Source: Varunaivibrio sulfuroxidans (GTDB lineage Bacteria > Pseudomonadota > Alphaproteobacteria > Rhodospirillales > Magnetovibrionaceae). From it: DNA of 24,000 bases. The translations under genes were made by a program, and so were the position numbers. Under the pieces are notes generated by a model that worked only from the letters and a program-made list of their open reading frames with translations, had not been told where the DNA came from and searched no databases. Location: positions 488,614-512,613 of the forward strand of contig NZ_CP119676.1 of assembly GCF_029318635.1 (NCBI RefSeq). The letters are read 5' to 3'. The stretch's first letter is position 1, and every line of letters starts with the position of its first letter. Positions 1-8,576 of the stretch are shown one piece after another.

Positions 1-156
1 CTTATAAAGCGCCTCCACCTCGCGGGGGTCGGTTACGCCATGGATATTAGTGTAGCCTCTGTTTTCCAGAAGCTTGCTCAAAAGCATGACATTCGATGCA
101 TTGTCATCGACGATCAGAAGCTTGGCGTTGAGAATATGCGCAGGGATATTGGTCAT
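1..156 (-). CDS. Response regulator receiver domain protein, first 52 codons only (gene runs off the left edge)
   Basis: Absent from the ORF track because it is too short. The reverse complement of 1-156 starts at the ATG complementary to 154-156. It reads MTNIPAHILNAKLLIVDDNASNVMLLSKLLENRGYTNIHGVTDPREVEALYK with no stop before the edge. The beta-strand plus acidic pair (LLIVDD) followed by a helix is the canonical start of a CheY-like receiver. Confidence 0.7.
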   Translation of the reverse strand, partial: MTNIPAHILNAKLLIVDDNASNVMLLSKLLENRGYTNIHGVTDPREVEALYK

Positions 157-366
157 GAGCCTATGTTTCAGTTATCGCGTTTCGGCCCTAACTATGTAGG
201 CATTCACATCAATCGTGTTAAGGGTGTTTTTAAAATGCCTCAATTCAAAGACCTCCGTGCCAAATCGGCCTTTGATCGGCCACGAACGCTTGGCTCATCG
301 GCGTTAATCACGTCATTATGATTTTTGGATTCGGTATGTCTTGGCGCCAGGGCGTACATAGACCCT

Positions 367-388
367 GTACGCACGATCGTACTTTTTT
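367..388 (+). terminator. Short hairpin plus T6 tract directly upstream of the ybjQ-family RBS (terminator- or attenuator-like)
   Basis: GTACG (367-371) pairs with CGTAC (378-382) around a 6-nt loop. TTTTTT follows at 383-388, then AAGGAGG at 392-398. The stem is only 5 bp, so this is weak. Confidence 0.3.
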
Positions 389-406
389 CGCAAGGAGGTT
401 CGCCGT

Positions 407-847
407 ATGTTCAATATGTTCAAGAAAAACGACAAAAACATCCAAGAATCCATTGAAAATAAAGATTACGAAGGCTTGCCTCCCGAGGTGATAGAGGAAA
501 TAGCGAAGGACATAATCCTGACCACCGAGGCGACGATGTCGGGATATCGGGTCACACAGAGAATTGAAATCATTACCGCGGAATGCGTTTTCGGCATGAA
601 TTTGTTCAGGGATTTTTTCGCTGGGATTCGCGATATTATCGGCGGGCGGAGTAAAGCATCACAGAAAGTCCTGCGCGACTCGCGTAAGATCTGCCTGAAT
701 GAACTAAGGAGAGAAGCCTTGATGGTCGGCGCGAACGCCGTTATCGGTGTCGATCTCGATTACAACGAAATTTCCGGTGACGGAAAATCCATGCTGTTTC
801 TCGTCGCCAGTGGTACTGCCGTGACCGTTGAAAAAAATCCCGACTGA
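407..847 (+). CDS. YbjQ/UPF0145 family (putative heavy-metal-binding) protein with about 35 aa of N-terminal extension
   Basis: AAGGAGG at 392-398 lies 8 nt before ATG 407. The core [37 protein letters not shown]...[16 protein letters not shown]...[11 protein letters not shown] matches the remembered YbjQ family pattern. Confidence 0.85.
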   Translation: MFNMFKKNDKNIQESIENKDYEGLPPEVIEEIAKDIILTTEATMSGYRVTQRIEIITAECVFGMNLFRDFFAGIRDIIGGRSKASQKVLRDSRKICLNELRREALMVGANAVIGVDLDYNEISGDGKSMLFLVASGTAVTVEKNPD

Positions 848-912
848 CTGACGACGGCGGTTTTTCGGTCTAGGTCAATGGTCTCCGCTCCTGAAAGAGG
901 ACGCCTGCGCGT

Positions 913-2829
913 ATGTATCTTGATTTTTTCGATATCAAGGAAACGCCCTTTTCGATAACGCCCGACCCGCGCTATCTCTATCTCAGTCCTCGCCATCAAG
1001 AAGCATTGGCCCATTTGTTGTACGCGGTGACCGGGAGCGGCGGTTTCGTCATGCTCAGCGGCGAGGTCGGAGCCGGAAAAACGACCCTGTGCCGCAGTTT
1101 CCTAGAACACGTTCCCGATGACGTCGATATCGCCCTGATCGTCAATCCTCGCCTCGATGAGTTGGAGCTGATGTTGACCATCTTGGACGAATTGTCGATC
1201 GTCCGCCCCCCTGCCCCCCATTCCCTGAAAACGACATTCGACGCCTTGAACGCGTACCTGATCGAGGCGCACGCCAAAAATCGGCGTACGGTGTTAATCA
1301 TCGACGAGGCTCAAAATTTATCGGCGTCCCTGCTTGAACTCATTCGTCTGTTGACCAATTTGGAAACGGCGAAAACCAAGCTTCTACAAATCATCCTTAT
1401 CGGCCAGCCCGAGCTCGAAACCATTCTTGCGCGATCCGAATTGCGGCAAATATCCCAACGGATAACGGCGCGGTACGCCTTAAGAGCGCTAAACCGTAAG
1501 GAAACCGGAAAATACATCCATCATCGCCTGGAGGTGGCCGGTTTGGCGGGGCGGTTGTTCACGGACCGGGCGATCGGTGCGGTCTATCGGCACAGTCAGG
1601 GCGTTCCTCGGCTTATCAACACGGTATGCGACCGGGCGCTCTTGGGCGCTTATGTCGGCGGACGTCAAAAAATTGATGTCGCAATCGTAAAAAAGGCCAT
1701 CGACGAAGTGGGGCGCGGTCCTTCGCCACGCCGATATAGCGGTTATCTGGGCGGTGCGGTGGCGATCGGCGTCATCTTGTTAGGCGTGGCGTCTTGGCTG
1801 TTTGCGCCGCAACAAATGGACCGCGCCATCGCCTACACGAATGTCCACGCCATCTTGGGCGATCTGAAGGGGTGGGCCGGAAATGGTTTGGCGACCCTAA
1901 ATACATTTTGGACCGCAGACTTTCATGGCGGCGAGACATCGCCCCCCCTGCCCTCATCCGTCGTTATCGAAGCGCCCACACATATATATAAGGCCCCTCC
2001 TTCCTCCCCCACACCGGTGCAAGAAGAACACGTTATGGCGGCGCCCACAGCCCCCGATTCGGAGACCCCGAAACCGACGCCGGAAACCATACAAAACGCG
2101 CAGAAGAACGGCCTTTCCCAGACACCGCTAAAATTGCCCTCAAAACAGCGCGCGGAGCGCACCTTGAACAATGCCTATGTCACTTTGTTTCGTGCATGGG
2201 GAAAAGACTATGCTCGTCTAACTGGCTTCAGTCCCTGCGAAAAAGCCGCCCTGTCCGGGCTTAGCTGTCTGCGCGGACAGGGCGGTTTAGCCGATTTGGA
2301 CGCCCTCAATTTACCGGCCTTAGTCCGCCTTGAGGCTTCGACCTCGCCGGAGAGCGCATCCGTGTCGGCATCCTACGCCATCGTGACCGCCATGGATCGC
2401 ACCCAAGTAAGTCTTTCCAGCGGATCGATCCAAGACGTTCTCCCCCGACCCGCGTTTCGCGCTCTGTGGGACGGAAATTATCTCTTGCTCTGGCCCGTGC
2501 CGAAAGGCGTGCGCCCAATCCTGCGTCAAGGCATGCGTGGGAACGACGTCATATGGTTGCGCTCCATTCTTGCCCGGACCGAAGGCTCGGCAACCATCGA
2601 GCAAGCCCCCCCGCCCCCCGCCGACGCTATTTTCGACGACAGCCTCGTCCGCCGAGTTCGGGTCTTTCAGCGCACCCATGCCTTGCCCGTTGATGGGGTC
2701 GCCGGACCACAAACCATCGCCCGTCTTCTTGGCCTTCTGGGATGGAACCATGCGCCGGTTTTGCATCCCTCCCGCACCTCCAAAGAACCCCAGGCGCGGC
2801 GCCAAACACCGCCGCCCGGCAACGGTTGA
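913..2829 (+). CDS. GspA/ExeA-family AAA ATPase with transmembrane segment, Pro-rich spacer and C-terminal peptidoglycan-binding domain
   Basis: - N-terminal ExeA signature: ETPFSITPDPRYLYLSPRHQEAL.
- Walker A GEVGAGKTT and Walker B VLIIDEAQNL.
- One hydrophobic span, YLGGAVAIGVILLGVASWLF.
- C-terminal PG_binding_1-like repeat: VRVFQRTHALPVDGVAGPQTIARL. Confidence 0.85.
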   Translation: MYLDFFDIKETPFSITPDPRYLYLSPRHQEALAHLLYAVTGSGGFVMLSGEVGAGKTTLCRSFLEHVPDDVDIALIVNPRLDELELMLTILDELSIVRPPAPHSLKTTFDALNAYLIEAHAKNRRTVLIIDEAQNLSASLLELIRLLTNLETAKTKLLQIILIGQPELETILARSELRQISQRITARYALRALNRKETGKYIHHRLEVAGLAGRLFTDRAIGAVYRHSQGVPRLINTVCDRALLGAYVGGRQKIDVAIVKKAIDEVGRGPSPRRYSGYLGGAVAIGVILLGVASWLFAPQQMDRAIAYTNVHAILGDLKGWAGNGLATLNTFWTADFHGGETSPPLPSSVVIEAPTHIYKAPPSSPTPVQEEHVMAAPTAPDSETPKPTPETIQNAQKNGLSQTPLKLPSKQRAERTLNNAYVTLFRAWGKDYARLTGFSPCEKAALSGLSCLRGQGGLADLDALNLPALVRLEASTSPESASVSASYAIVTAMDRTQVSLSSGSIQDVLPRPAFRALWDGNYLLLWPVPKGVRPILRQGMRGNDVIWLRSILARTEGSATIEQAPPPPADAIFDDSLVRRVRVFQRTHALPVDGVAGPQTIARLLGLLGWNHAPVLHPSRTSKEPQARRQTPPPGNG

Positions 2830-2839
2830 GGAAAGCGCA

Positions 2840-4081
2840 ATGTCCTATATTCTCGACGCGCTGCGAAAATCCGAAGCGCAACGCAACAAGGAAACGCCAC
2901 CCTCCGCCGAGAACTTCACGCTCGGGGAGACGAACACTCTCGGATTTCGCCGCATTGGAGCGTGGTTCAAGCCGGCCGTCGCCATCGCTGTTTTTTTCAC
3001 CCTCCTCGCCCTTGTCGCCATCATCGCCAAAGTATCCATCCGCGCACCCTCACCATCTCCCCGCGCCGCCGCGTCGCAATCTCCTCCGCCGGTCGCGCAA
3101 CAAAAAGGTCCACGGGCGTCCGTCCCCCAACCCATCGAAGAAACCGTTGCATCCCCGCGCGCATCAACGACGCGGCCTTCGCATACGTCTTTGGCGCGCA
3201 CGGATATGCTTGCGCGGACACCCGTGCGCCCGCCGCCGCATCCAATTCCCACACCATTCCGTCCAACGTCACCGCCCCATCCAACGCAGAAAAACACATC
3301 CGCCGCCGCCCCCTCCTCCGTTTCTGGATCGCCCACGCCCGCCGCCACGAAACCCGCCGCGCGACATAGCGAAGCCGGCCCGACCAAGAGCGCGCAAGAT
3401 ATCCTTAAGCAGGGTTGGAAGAACATCAATGAAGGCCTTTTCAATCAGGCCTATGACGACTTTTCCCAGGCCGTCGCCCTAGAGCCCGGATTCGCCAAGG
3501 CCTGGTTCGCCCGGGGATGGGCCGAGGAAAAAAGAGGCCACAGAGAGGGGGCCATCGCGGACTATTCTCGCGTTCTCAAGTTGACCCCCGGAGATGCGCA
3601 GTCTTTTCTCAGTCGTGGCGTGCTTAGATTTTACAACGACGACTTCGATCGCGCCGCCTTGGATTTTAAATCCGCGGCGCGCTTCGCGCGGCCCGAACTT
3701 GAACGCTATGCCTTGTTGTGGCTTTATGTCGCGGACCGCCGCGGAGACGTCAAGCGCGACGCCGATCTTCAAGATTATCTGCGAACGATTGATTTGACCC
3801 CATGGCCCGGCGTTATCCTGAAACATTTCGATGCGAAGGCGAGTCGAGAGGACGTCGAGAGAGGAATCGCGCAATCGGATGATGTAAAGGGGCAGCGCCG
3901 GCGGGCCTGCGTCGCTTATTATTTTCTCGGCCAAAAGGCGTTGATTGACGGCGACCCCATCCAGGCGAAGACCGATTTCAACCGCGCCGTACAGACGGGC
4001 GTCACCGATTACCGGCAATACGAAGCGGCCCAATTCGCATTGAGACGCCTTTCTGTGGCGCCGGGAAATACGCGACCTTAG
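2840..4081 (+). CDS. GspB-like N-terminal anchor, Pro-rich spacer and NlpI-like TPR domain protein
   Basis: - ATG 2840 follows GAGGAAAG (2828-2835), which overlaps the upstream TGA stop.
- The N-terminus MSYILDALRKSEAQR is typical of GspB/ExeB-family proteins, as I remember them.
- It has a TM segment (AVAIAVFFTLLALVAIIA) and then a long P/S/T/A-rich tract.
- The C-terminal ~210 aa are TPR repeats resembling NlpI.
- The track ORF starting at GTG 2537 overlaps the previous gene in another frame, so I do not use that start. Confidence 0.7.
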   Translation: MSYILDALRKSEAQRNKETPPSAENFTLGETNTLGFRRIGAWFKPAVAIAVFFTLLALVAIIAKVSIRAPSPSPRAAASQSPPPVAQQKGPRASVPQPIEETVASPRASTTRPSHTSLARTDMLARTPVRPPPHPIPTPFRPTSPPHPTQKNTSAAAPSSVSGSPTPAATKPAARHSEAGPTKSAQDILKQGWKNINEGLFNQAYDDFSQAVALEPGFAKAWFARGWAEEKRGHREGAIADYSRVLKLTPGDAQSFLSRGVLRFYNDDFDRAALDFKSAARFARPELERYALLWLYVADRRGDVKRDADLQDYLRTIDLTPWPGVILKHFDAKASREDVERGIAQSDDVKGQRRRACVAYYFLGQKALIDGDPIQAKTDFNRAVQTGVTDYRQYEAAQFALRRLSVAPGNTRP

Positions 4082-5694
4082 GGTGACGTAATAAAATCTG
4101 GAGCCGGTTTACCGATGAAATAGCCCTGAACATACATGACGCCGCAATCCTTAGCGAACTGATACATCGCTTCGTCTTCAATCATTTCGGCTATGGTTTC
4201 CACGCCTAAATCGCGGCACAGGTTGGACAGGGCCTTCAAAAAAGCCCGCCCTTTGGACACCTTGTAAGCATTGCGGACGACCGGCCCGTCGAATTTGACA
4301 ATATCGACGTCAAGGGTGCTTAAATATTCGAAATTTGCCGCCCCCGCACCAAAATCATCAAGGCAAACCTTATAGCCATGGGCACGAATTTTTTTGATGA
4401 CTTCGCCCGCATCGTCAAGATTTCCTATTTTCGAGGATTCCGTGATTTCAAACATCAAACTACGTTGCGTCCACGGATACAGATCGAAAATTTCAAAGAG
4501 CCCGGTTTGATATTTGCTCGAAAGAAGGGACTTCCCCGAAATGTTCACGGCGGCGCAAATCGATCCGTCTCGGGGGGCGCCCGACATCCGATCGACCACC
4601 TTGCGCAGCATCGCCATGTCGAAATCGGAGATCAATCCCGTCTCCTCGGCGAAAATCACTGTTTCATAGGGCGAGGTGCTACCTTCATCCTTGTCGAAAC
4701 GCACCAGCGCTTCGTAATGGTGTATTTTATCGTCGGCAATCGATGCGATTGGCTGAAAAGCGATTTCAAACGCGTTGTCACGGACAATTTTACGGAACCC
4801 GAGAACCGTTTCAGAGGCCTGGTGGACCAACTGCTTCATGTTCAGTGTCAAGTTTTCGATCGTAAACGTGCTGTCCTTGGCGTTGCGGAATTTGTTAATG
4901 GCGAAGACCAGTCCGTTGGCGAGATCCTCGGGGCTGGCGCCGTGTTCCAATTCATTGCTGACCGGGATACTGGCCGTTCCGATCTCGACCCCCTTTCCCA
5001 ATGGATCGGCGTCGCGCGTCATATTCGTGATTTGCTGCTTTAGATCATCGACCGCGACCCCCGTTCCATGGACAAGGCTGTAGCGGTTTTCGGAAAGCGC
5101 CGCCGCGGCGTCGCCGTCAATCGAGTTGACCCTAAGCGTCGAGCCTATCGTGTTAAAAAGATTTTTCCCTGCGGTTTCGTCCAGCCGTGAACGCAGGTCG
5201 TCGAATTCGCGAAGTTCGATCATCGTCACCTGCGAACCGGGGGGAAGCGGCTGTCTCGACACCAGTTCTTTTAGCTTTTGGTTGTAAGACCCCGAATCAA
5301 GCAAGCCCGAGACCCCATCGACAATTTTTTTATGCGGGGACGTAAGCCTGCTGAGGGATAAGTAGTAATGCCCACCCAAATCGTTGAGAACGTACCCCGC
5401 AAAGCTCACCGGACGCGATGCATTGCGAAAGCGGACGCGAATATCCTCAAATCGCCCCCTCTTGCGCGCAGCTAACAATACGGCGCGGACCAGCGGCTTG
5501 TCTTCATCGGAAATAAAATCGCAAAGCGGTTTTTGTTGCATGCTTTGCATGGTTTCACCCAGGAGAGATTCGCTCGCTCCGCCGACAAAGACAACACGGG
5601 CGTCCGTATCCAATTCCAGCAAAACATCCGACCGGCAAAAAGCCAAGGCGACGAAGCGATCCCGTTCTTTCTTGATGTTCACAACATTTTCCAA
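4078..5694 (-). CDS. PAS-like / degenerate GGDEF / EAL domain protein (putative c-di-GMP phosphodiesterase)
   Basis: - EAL-domain motifs are present: YEALVRF, FEITES, CLDDFGAGAANFEYL, VKFDG, IAEMIEDE, VQGYFIGKP.
- The middle domain has the GGDEF fold pattern but reads SENRY where GGDEF should be.
- The start is uncertain. 5694 is a TTG with no Shine-Dalgarno, and GTG at 5682 is an alternative. Confidence 0.85.
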   Translation of the reverse strand: MENVVNIKKERDRFVALAFCRSDVLLELDTDARVVFVGGASESLLGETMQSMQQKPLCDFISDEDKPLVRAVLLAARKRGRFEDIRVRFRNASRPVSFAGYVLNDLGGHYYLSLSRLTSPHKKIVDGVSGLLDSGSYNQKLKELVSRQPLPPGSQVTMIELREFDDLRSRLDETAGKNLFNTIGSTLRVNSIDGDAAAALSENRYSLVHGTGVAVDDLKQQITNMTRDADPLGKGVEIGTASIPVSNELEHGASPEDLANGLVFAINKFRNAKDSTFTIENLTLNMKQLVHQASETVLGFRKIVRDNAFEIAFQPIASIADDKIHHYEALVRFDKDEGSTSPYETVIFAEETGLISDFDMAMLRKVVDRMSGAPRDGSICAAVNISGKSLLSSKYQTGLFEIFDLYPWTQRSLMFEITESSKIGNLDDAGEVIKKIRAHGYKVCLDDFGAGAANFEYLSTLDVDIVKFDGPVVRNAYKVSKGRAFLKALSNLCRDLGVETIAEMIEDEAMYQFAKDCGVMYVQGYFIGKPAPDFITSP

Positions 5695-5803
5695 AAGAAG
5701 CTTAAAAAAACGCCCTTAACCATGCGTCTTTATGCATTTGCAGTCGATCGCGTAGATTTCTTCCATTCAGGTTATCATGCTTGGGTTCAGGGTTTCTTAT
5801 AGA

Positions 5804-8233
5804 TCAGACCAGCGACACTTGCGCGCGCGCGCCTAGGTGCAAACTCTCGTTGAGAACCTCAATCAATGCCGCCGAATCGAACGGTTTTGTTAGGTAGTGT
5901 TCGACCCCCGCCTCTAGGCTGCTCGCAACCTCCGAAGGCATTATATTTGCGCTAAGGGCAATGACGGGGACATCGCGTAACATATTATTTTCACGTATTT
6001 TTTTTATAACGATGGTTCCCGATGATCCGGAAAAATCCAAATCCACAAGCACCGCGCCCGGCGGCGTTTTTTGAGCCTCTTTCATGCCCGATTCGAGACT
6101 GGACGCACAAACAAGATTAAGCTGCGGCAGCGTCGAAAATATTTTTTCCATCAAGACCAGATTGGCCGCCGTATCATCGATGTACAAGACGTCCAATCGT
6201 CCACTCGGGAAATTTTCTCCGCGGGCCACCCGACGAATGATATCGGGATCATTTTCCCCTAATATCTCGACAAAAGGACTGGAAGAGGAGACGAGAGGTA
6301 TGTCGATCCAAAAATCGGCTCCCTGTCCCTCGATGCTGTGAAAGCCGATATGCCCATCCATCATCAAAATAAGTTGTTTGGATATGGTGAGGCCTATTCC
6401 GGTCCCTTCAATTTCGCTCTGCTCGACATTCAGGCGGGAAAACGGCTTGAAAACGTTGATAAATTCATGCTCGGGAATGCCTATCCCCGTATCCGAAATT
6501 CTAAGACGGGCAAACCCGTCCCCGTCAATCTCAAGTTTTATACGAACTTCACCCCCCTCATGATTATATTTCACGGCATTGGAAAGTAGATTGAGGATCA
6601 CCTGTTTTAGGCGTGTATAATCGGCGCGTACGTATATGTGATGGTGGGGGGCGACCACGCATCGAATCGATACTTTCCGAGATTCCGCCACCGGCGCAAT
6701 GAAGCTGAGACACTCCTCAAGAACGTCGAGGAAGTCCACCTCTTCAATCGAAACCGTCACCTTCCCCGATTCAATTTTAGAAAGGTCCAGTATTTGATTG
6801 ACCAAACCCAGCAGATGGTTCCCCCCTTTCACGATTTGGTCGATATTTTCGGCTTGCGTTTCCGGCAAGGGGCTGTTGATATCGCACTTTAACAATTGAG
6901 AAAATCCGAGGATGGCGTTCAGCGGCGTGCGCAGTTCGTGGCTCATGGACGACAGAAAGTCGGACTTCGCGTTGTTCGCCCGGACGGCCTCTTTTCGCGC
7001 TATCTCGGCCGAGGCCTTGGCTTCCTGAAGCGCTTTTTCGGCGGCCATTCGGGCCGTAACATCCATTCCCAAGGAAGCCACGCCAACCACATCGCCGTTC
7101 TCGTCGAGCAGAGGAGCGTCGAACCATTCACACATGATGATCGAGCCGTCCTCTCTTTTATTCCGGTGCGTGCTTTGCATCGGCCGCTTGGCTCGCATCA
7201 TGTCAAAGAGGGTTTGCTTCGCCACATCCAATTCCTCGGCCTCGACCATTCGATCCAGGCACGCCCTTCCAATCATTTCGGTTCTCTTGAAGCCGAAAAT
7301 TTTTTCCGCGGCCGCGTTCCATCCCCGGCAAACCAACTTCGGACTCCAAGAAATGGCCGCCATCGGCATATTTTCCAAATGTTGGGAAAGCATGCGCTGG
7401 CTACGCGCCAATTCCCGCTCGGCGATCTCATGCGCATCAACACGCTTTCTGAGTTCCCGTGTGCGTTTTTCGACTCGCTCTTCGAGCTCTTCGCGCGCAT
7501 CGTCCATGGCCGAGTAGGTGACTTCGATATTTTCCTGCATTTGGTTTATAATGCGCACGGCGTCGTCGAGCTCATCGCCTCCCTCCGCGCGATGCTTTTT
7601 ACGGCTGAGAGTGAGCCGCGGATTTTTTTTGCTGGGATCAAAATCTTGCAACGATTGCGCAATGGCGAGCAAGTGACGGGTAATCTGGGAATGAAATAGG
7701 AAAAGCATAAACCCGGCGACCAGGAAAAATTTGACCGCATTGACCGCGAAAAGCACAACCCCCTGATCGATTAATCGACCAACGACGGCGTCGAGGCTCG
7801 CAACGACACGCACGTGAGCGATGATACGGTTTTCGCCATGATAGCGGTGCAGCAGCGGGATAGACGCCACGATAGACCGACCCGACACGCGTTCTCCGGC
7901 CGTCCATTTTTCCCCACTGGTCAAGGTGAGTTCCAGATATTCAATGCCGGGTAACCGTGATAGACCTTCCAGTTGATCTTTGATTTGTTGCCCATCAATC
8001 ACCCAGGCGCTGCTGGAAAGGCTTTGCAACTGGCCGGTGCGAATACGATCGATAGTTCGCGTGATTTCGGATACGTCGCGCCGATATTCAAAAATCAACT
8101 GGGCCGCCGTCGTGATTAACGTTATGAACGCGCTGAACAAGACGACCAACAACGCCAACTTCAACCCAACACGACTAATGTTTCTAAACGGGTGAGGAGC
8201 CGATGTTTCTCTGTCTTTAGGAAGGCGTATCAT
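5804..8233 (-). CDS. Hybrid sensor histidine kinase (2 TM with periplasmic loop, HAMP, PAS, HisKA, HATPase_c, REC; no HPt)
   Basis: - H-box SHELRTPLN, N-box LLSNAVKYN, G1 DTGIGI and G2 GTGIGLTISK are present.
- The C-terminal receiver has LYIDD, VLVDLDF and LTKP.
- The track start at 8314 is a TTG. The first ATG in frame is at 8233 (MIRLPKDRE...), 21 aa before TM1, and I use that. Confidence 0.9.
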   Translation of the reverse strand: MIRLPKDRETSAPHPFRNISRVGLKLALLVVLFSAFITLITTAAQLIFEYRRDVSEITRTIDRIRTGQLQSLSSSAWVIDGQQIKDQLEGLSRLPGIEYLELTLTSGEKWTAGERVSGRSIVASIPLLHRYHGENRIIAHVRVVASLDAVVGRLIDQGVVLFAVNAVKFFLVAGFMLFLFHSQITRHLLAIAQSLQDFDPSKKNPRLTLSRKKHRAEGGDELDDAVRIINQMQENIEVTYSAMDDAREELEERVEKRTRELRKRVDAHEIAERELARSQRMLSQHLENMPMAAISWSPKLVCRGWNAAAEKIFGFKRTEMIGRACLDRMVEAEELDVAKQTLFDMMRAKRPMQSTHRNKREDGSIIMCEWFDAPLLDENGDVVGVASLGMDVTARMAAEKALQEAKASAEIARKEAVRANNAKSDFLSSMSHELRTPLNAILGFSQLLKCDINSPLPETQAENIDQIVKGGNHLLGLVNQILDLSKIESGKVTVSIEEVDFLDVLEECLSFIAPVAESRKVSIRCVVAPHHHIYVRADYTRLKQVILNLLSNAVKYNHEGGEVRIKLEIDGDGFARLRISDTGIGIPEHEFINVFKPFSRLNVEQSEIEGTGIGLTISKQLILMMDGHIGFHSIEGQGADFWIDIPLVSSSSPFVEILGENDPDIIRRVARGENFPSGRLDVLYIDDTAANLVLMEKIFSTLPQLNLVCASSLESGMKEAQKTPPGAVLVDLDFSGSSGTIVIKKIRENNMLRDVPVIALSANIMPSEVASSLEAGVEHYLTKPFDSAALIEVLNESLHLGARAQVSLV

Positions 8234-8576
8234 GTTGAAACTCAAAAGCCCTGTTCGCACTGCCCTTGCCGACTTACCGTCCGGGACATTCAACCACGTG
8301 GGTGCCGACCACAAGAATATGGGACGGTAAATAAAGTTCCCAATTCAAGACGCCGCCTTCTCCATATCCGTTTAAATGATGTAAGGCGCGTAACGGAAAA
8401 ACCAATGCTTTTATCGCCCTCCTCTTTCCCCCTGCTTTGTGGATACCGGGCACGGCCCATACATCGCCCCCTTGTCATCGACCGGAAAAATCCGCCCTTT
8501 CGAAGGGGGGGGCTACGGAGTCGAAAATGGCGTTTTCTTTCGCCTTTTTACTTGATTCCAAAAAGTGACGGCAAAA

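Noticed and set aside
40-321. 93-aa plus-strand ORF at the left edge.
   Set aside because: Its first 39 codons are antisense to a clearly recognisable response-regulator receiver N-terminus. The remainder lies in the divergent promoter region. It has no Shine-Dalgarno and no family resemblance.
2537-3482. The upstream extension of the TPR gene ORF to GTG 2537, and the alternative-frame ORFs 2742-3482 (+), 2845-3444 (-), 2962-3369 (+) and 1923-2171 (-) over the Pro-rich regions.
   Set aside because: The extension overlaps the 3' end of the GspA-like gene in another frame. ATG 2840 has a proper Shine-Dalgarno and yields the conserved MSYILDAL N-terminus. The other ORFs are by-products of CCN/GCN-rich low-complexity DNA encoding the proline-rich spacers. 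Their products are Arg/Pro strings.
5704-5728. A T7 run with an ACGC/GCGT stem on the minus strand between the kinase and EAL genes. I considered it as an intrinsic terminator.
   Set aside because: The stem is only 4-5 bp including a wobble pair, with a 10-nt loop. It also ends ~10 nt before the only possible EAL start codons, leaving no room for a separate promoter. I treat the two genes as possibly co-transcribed instead.
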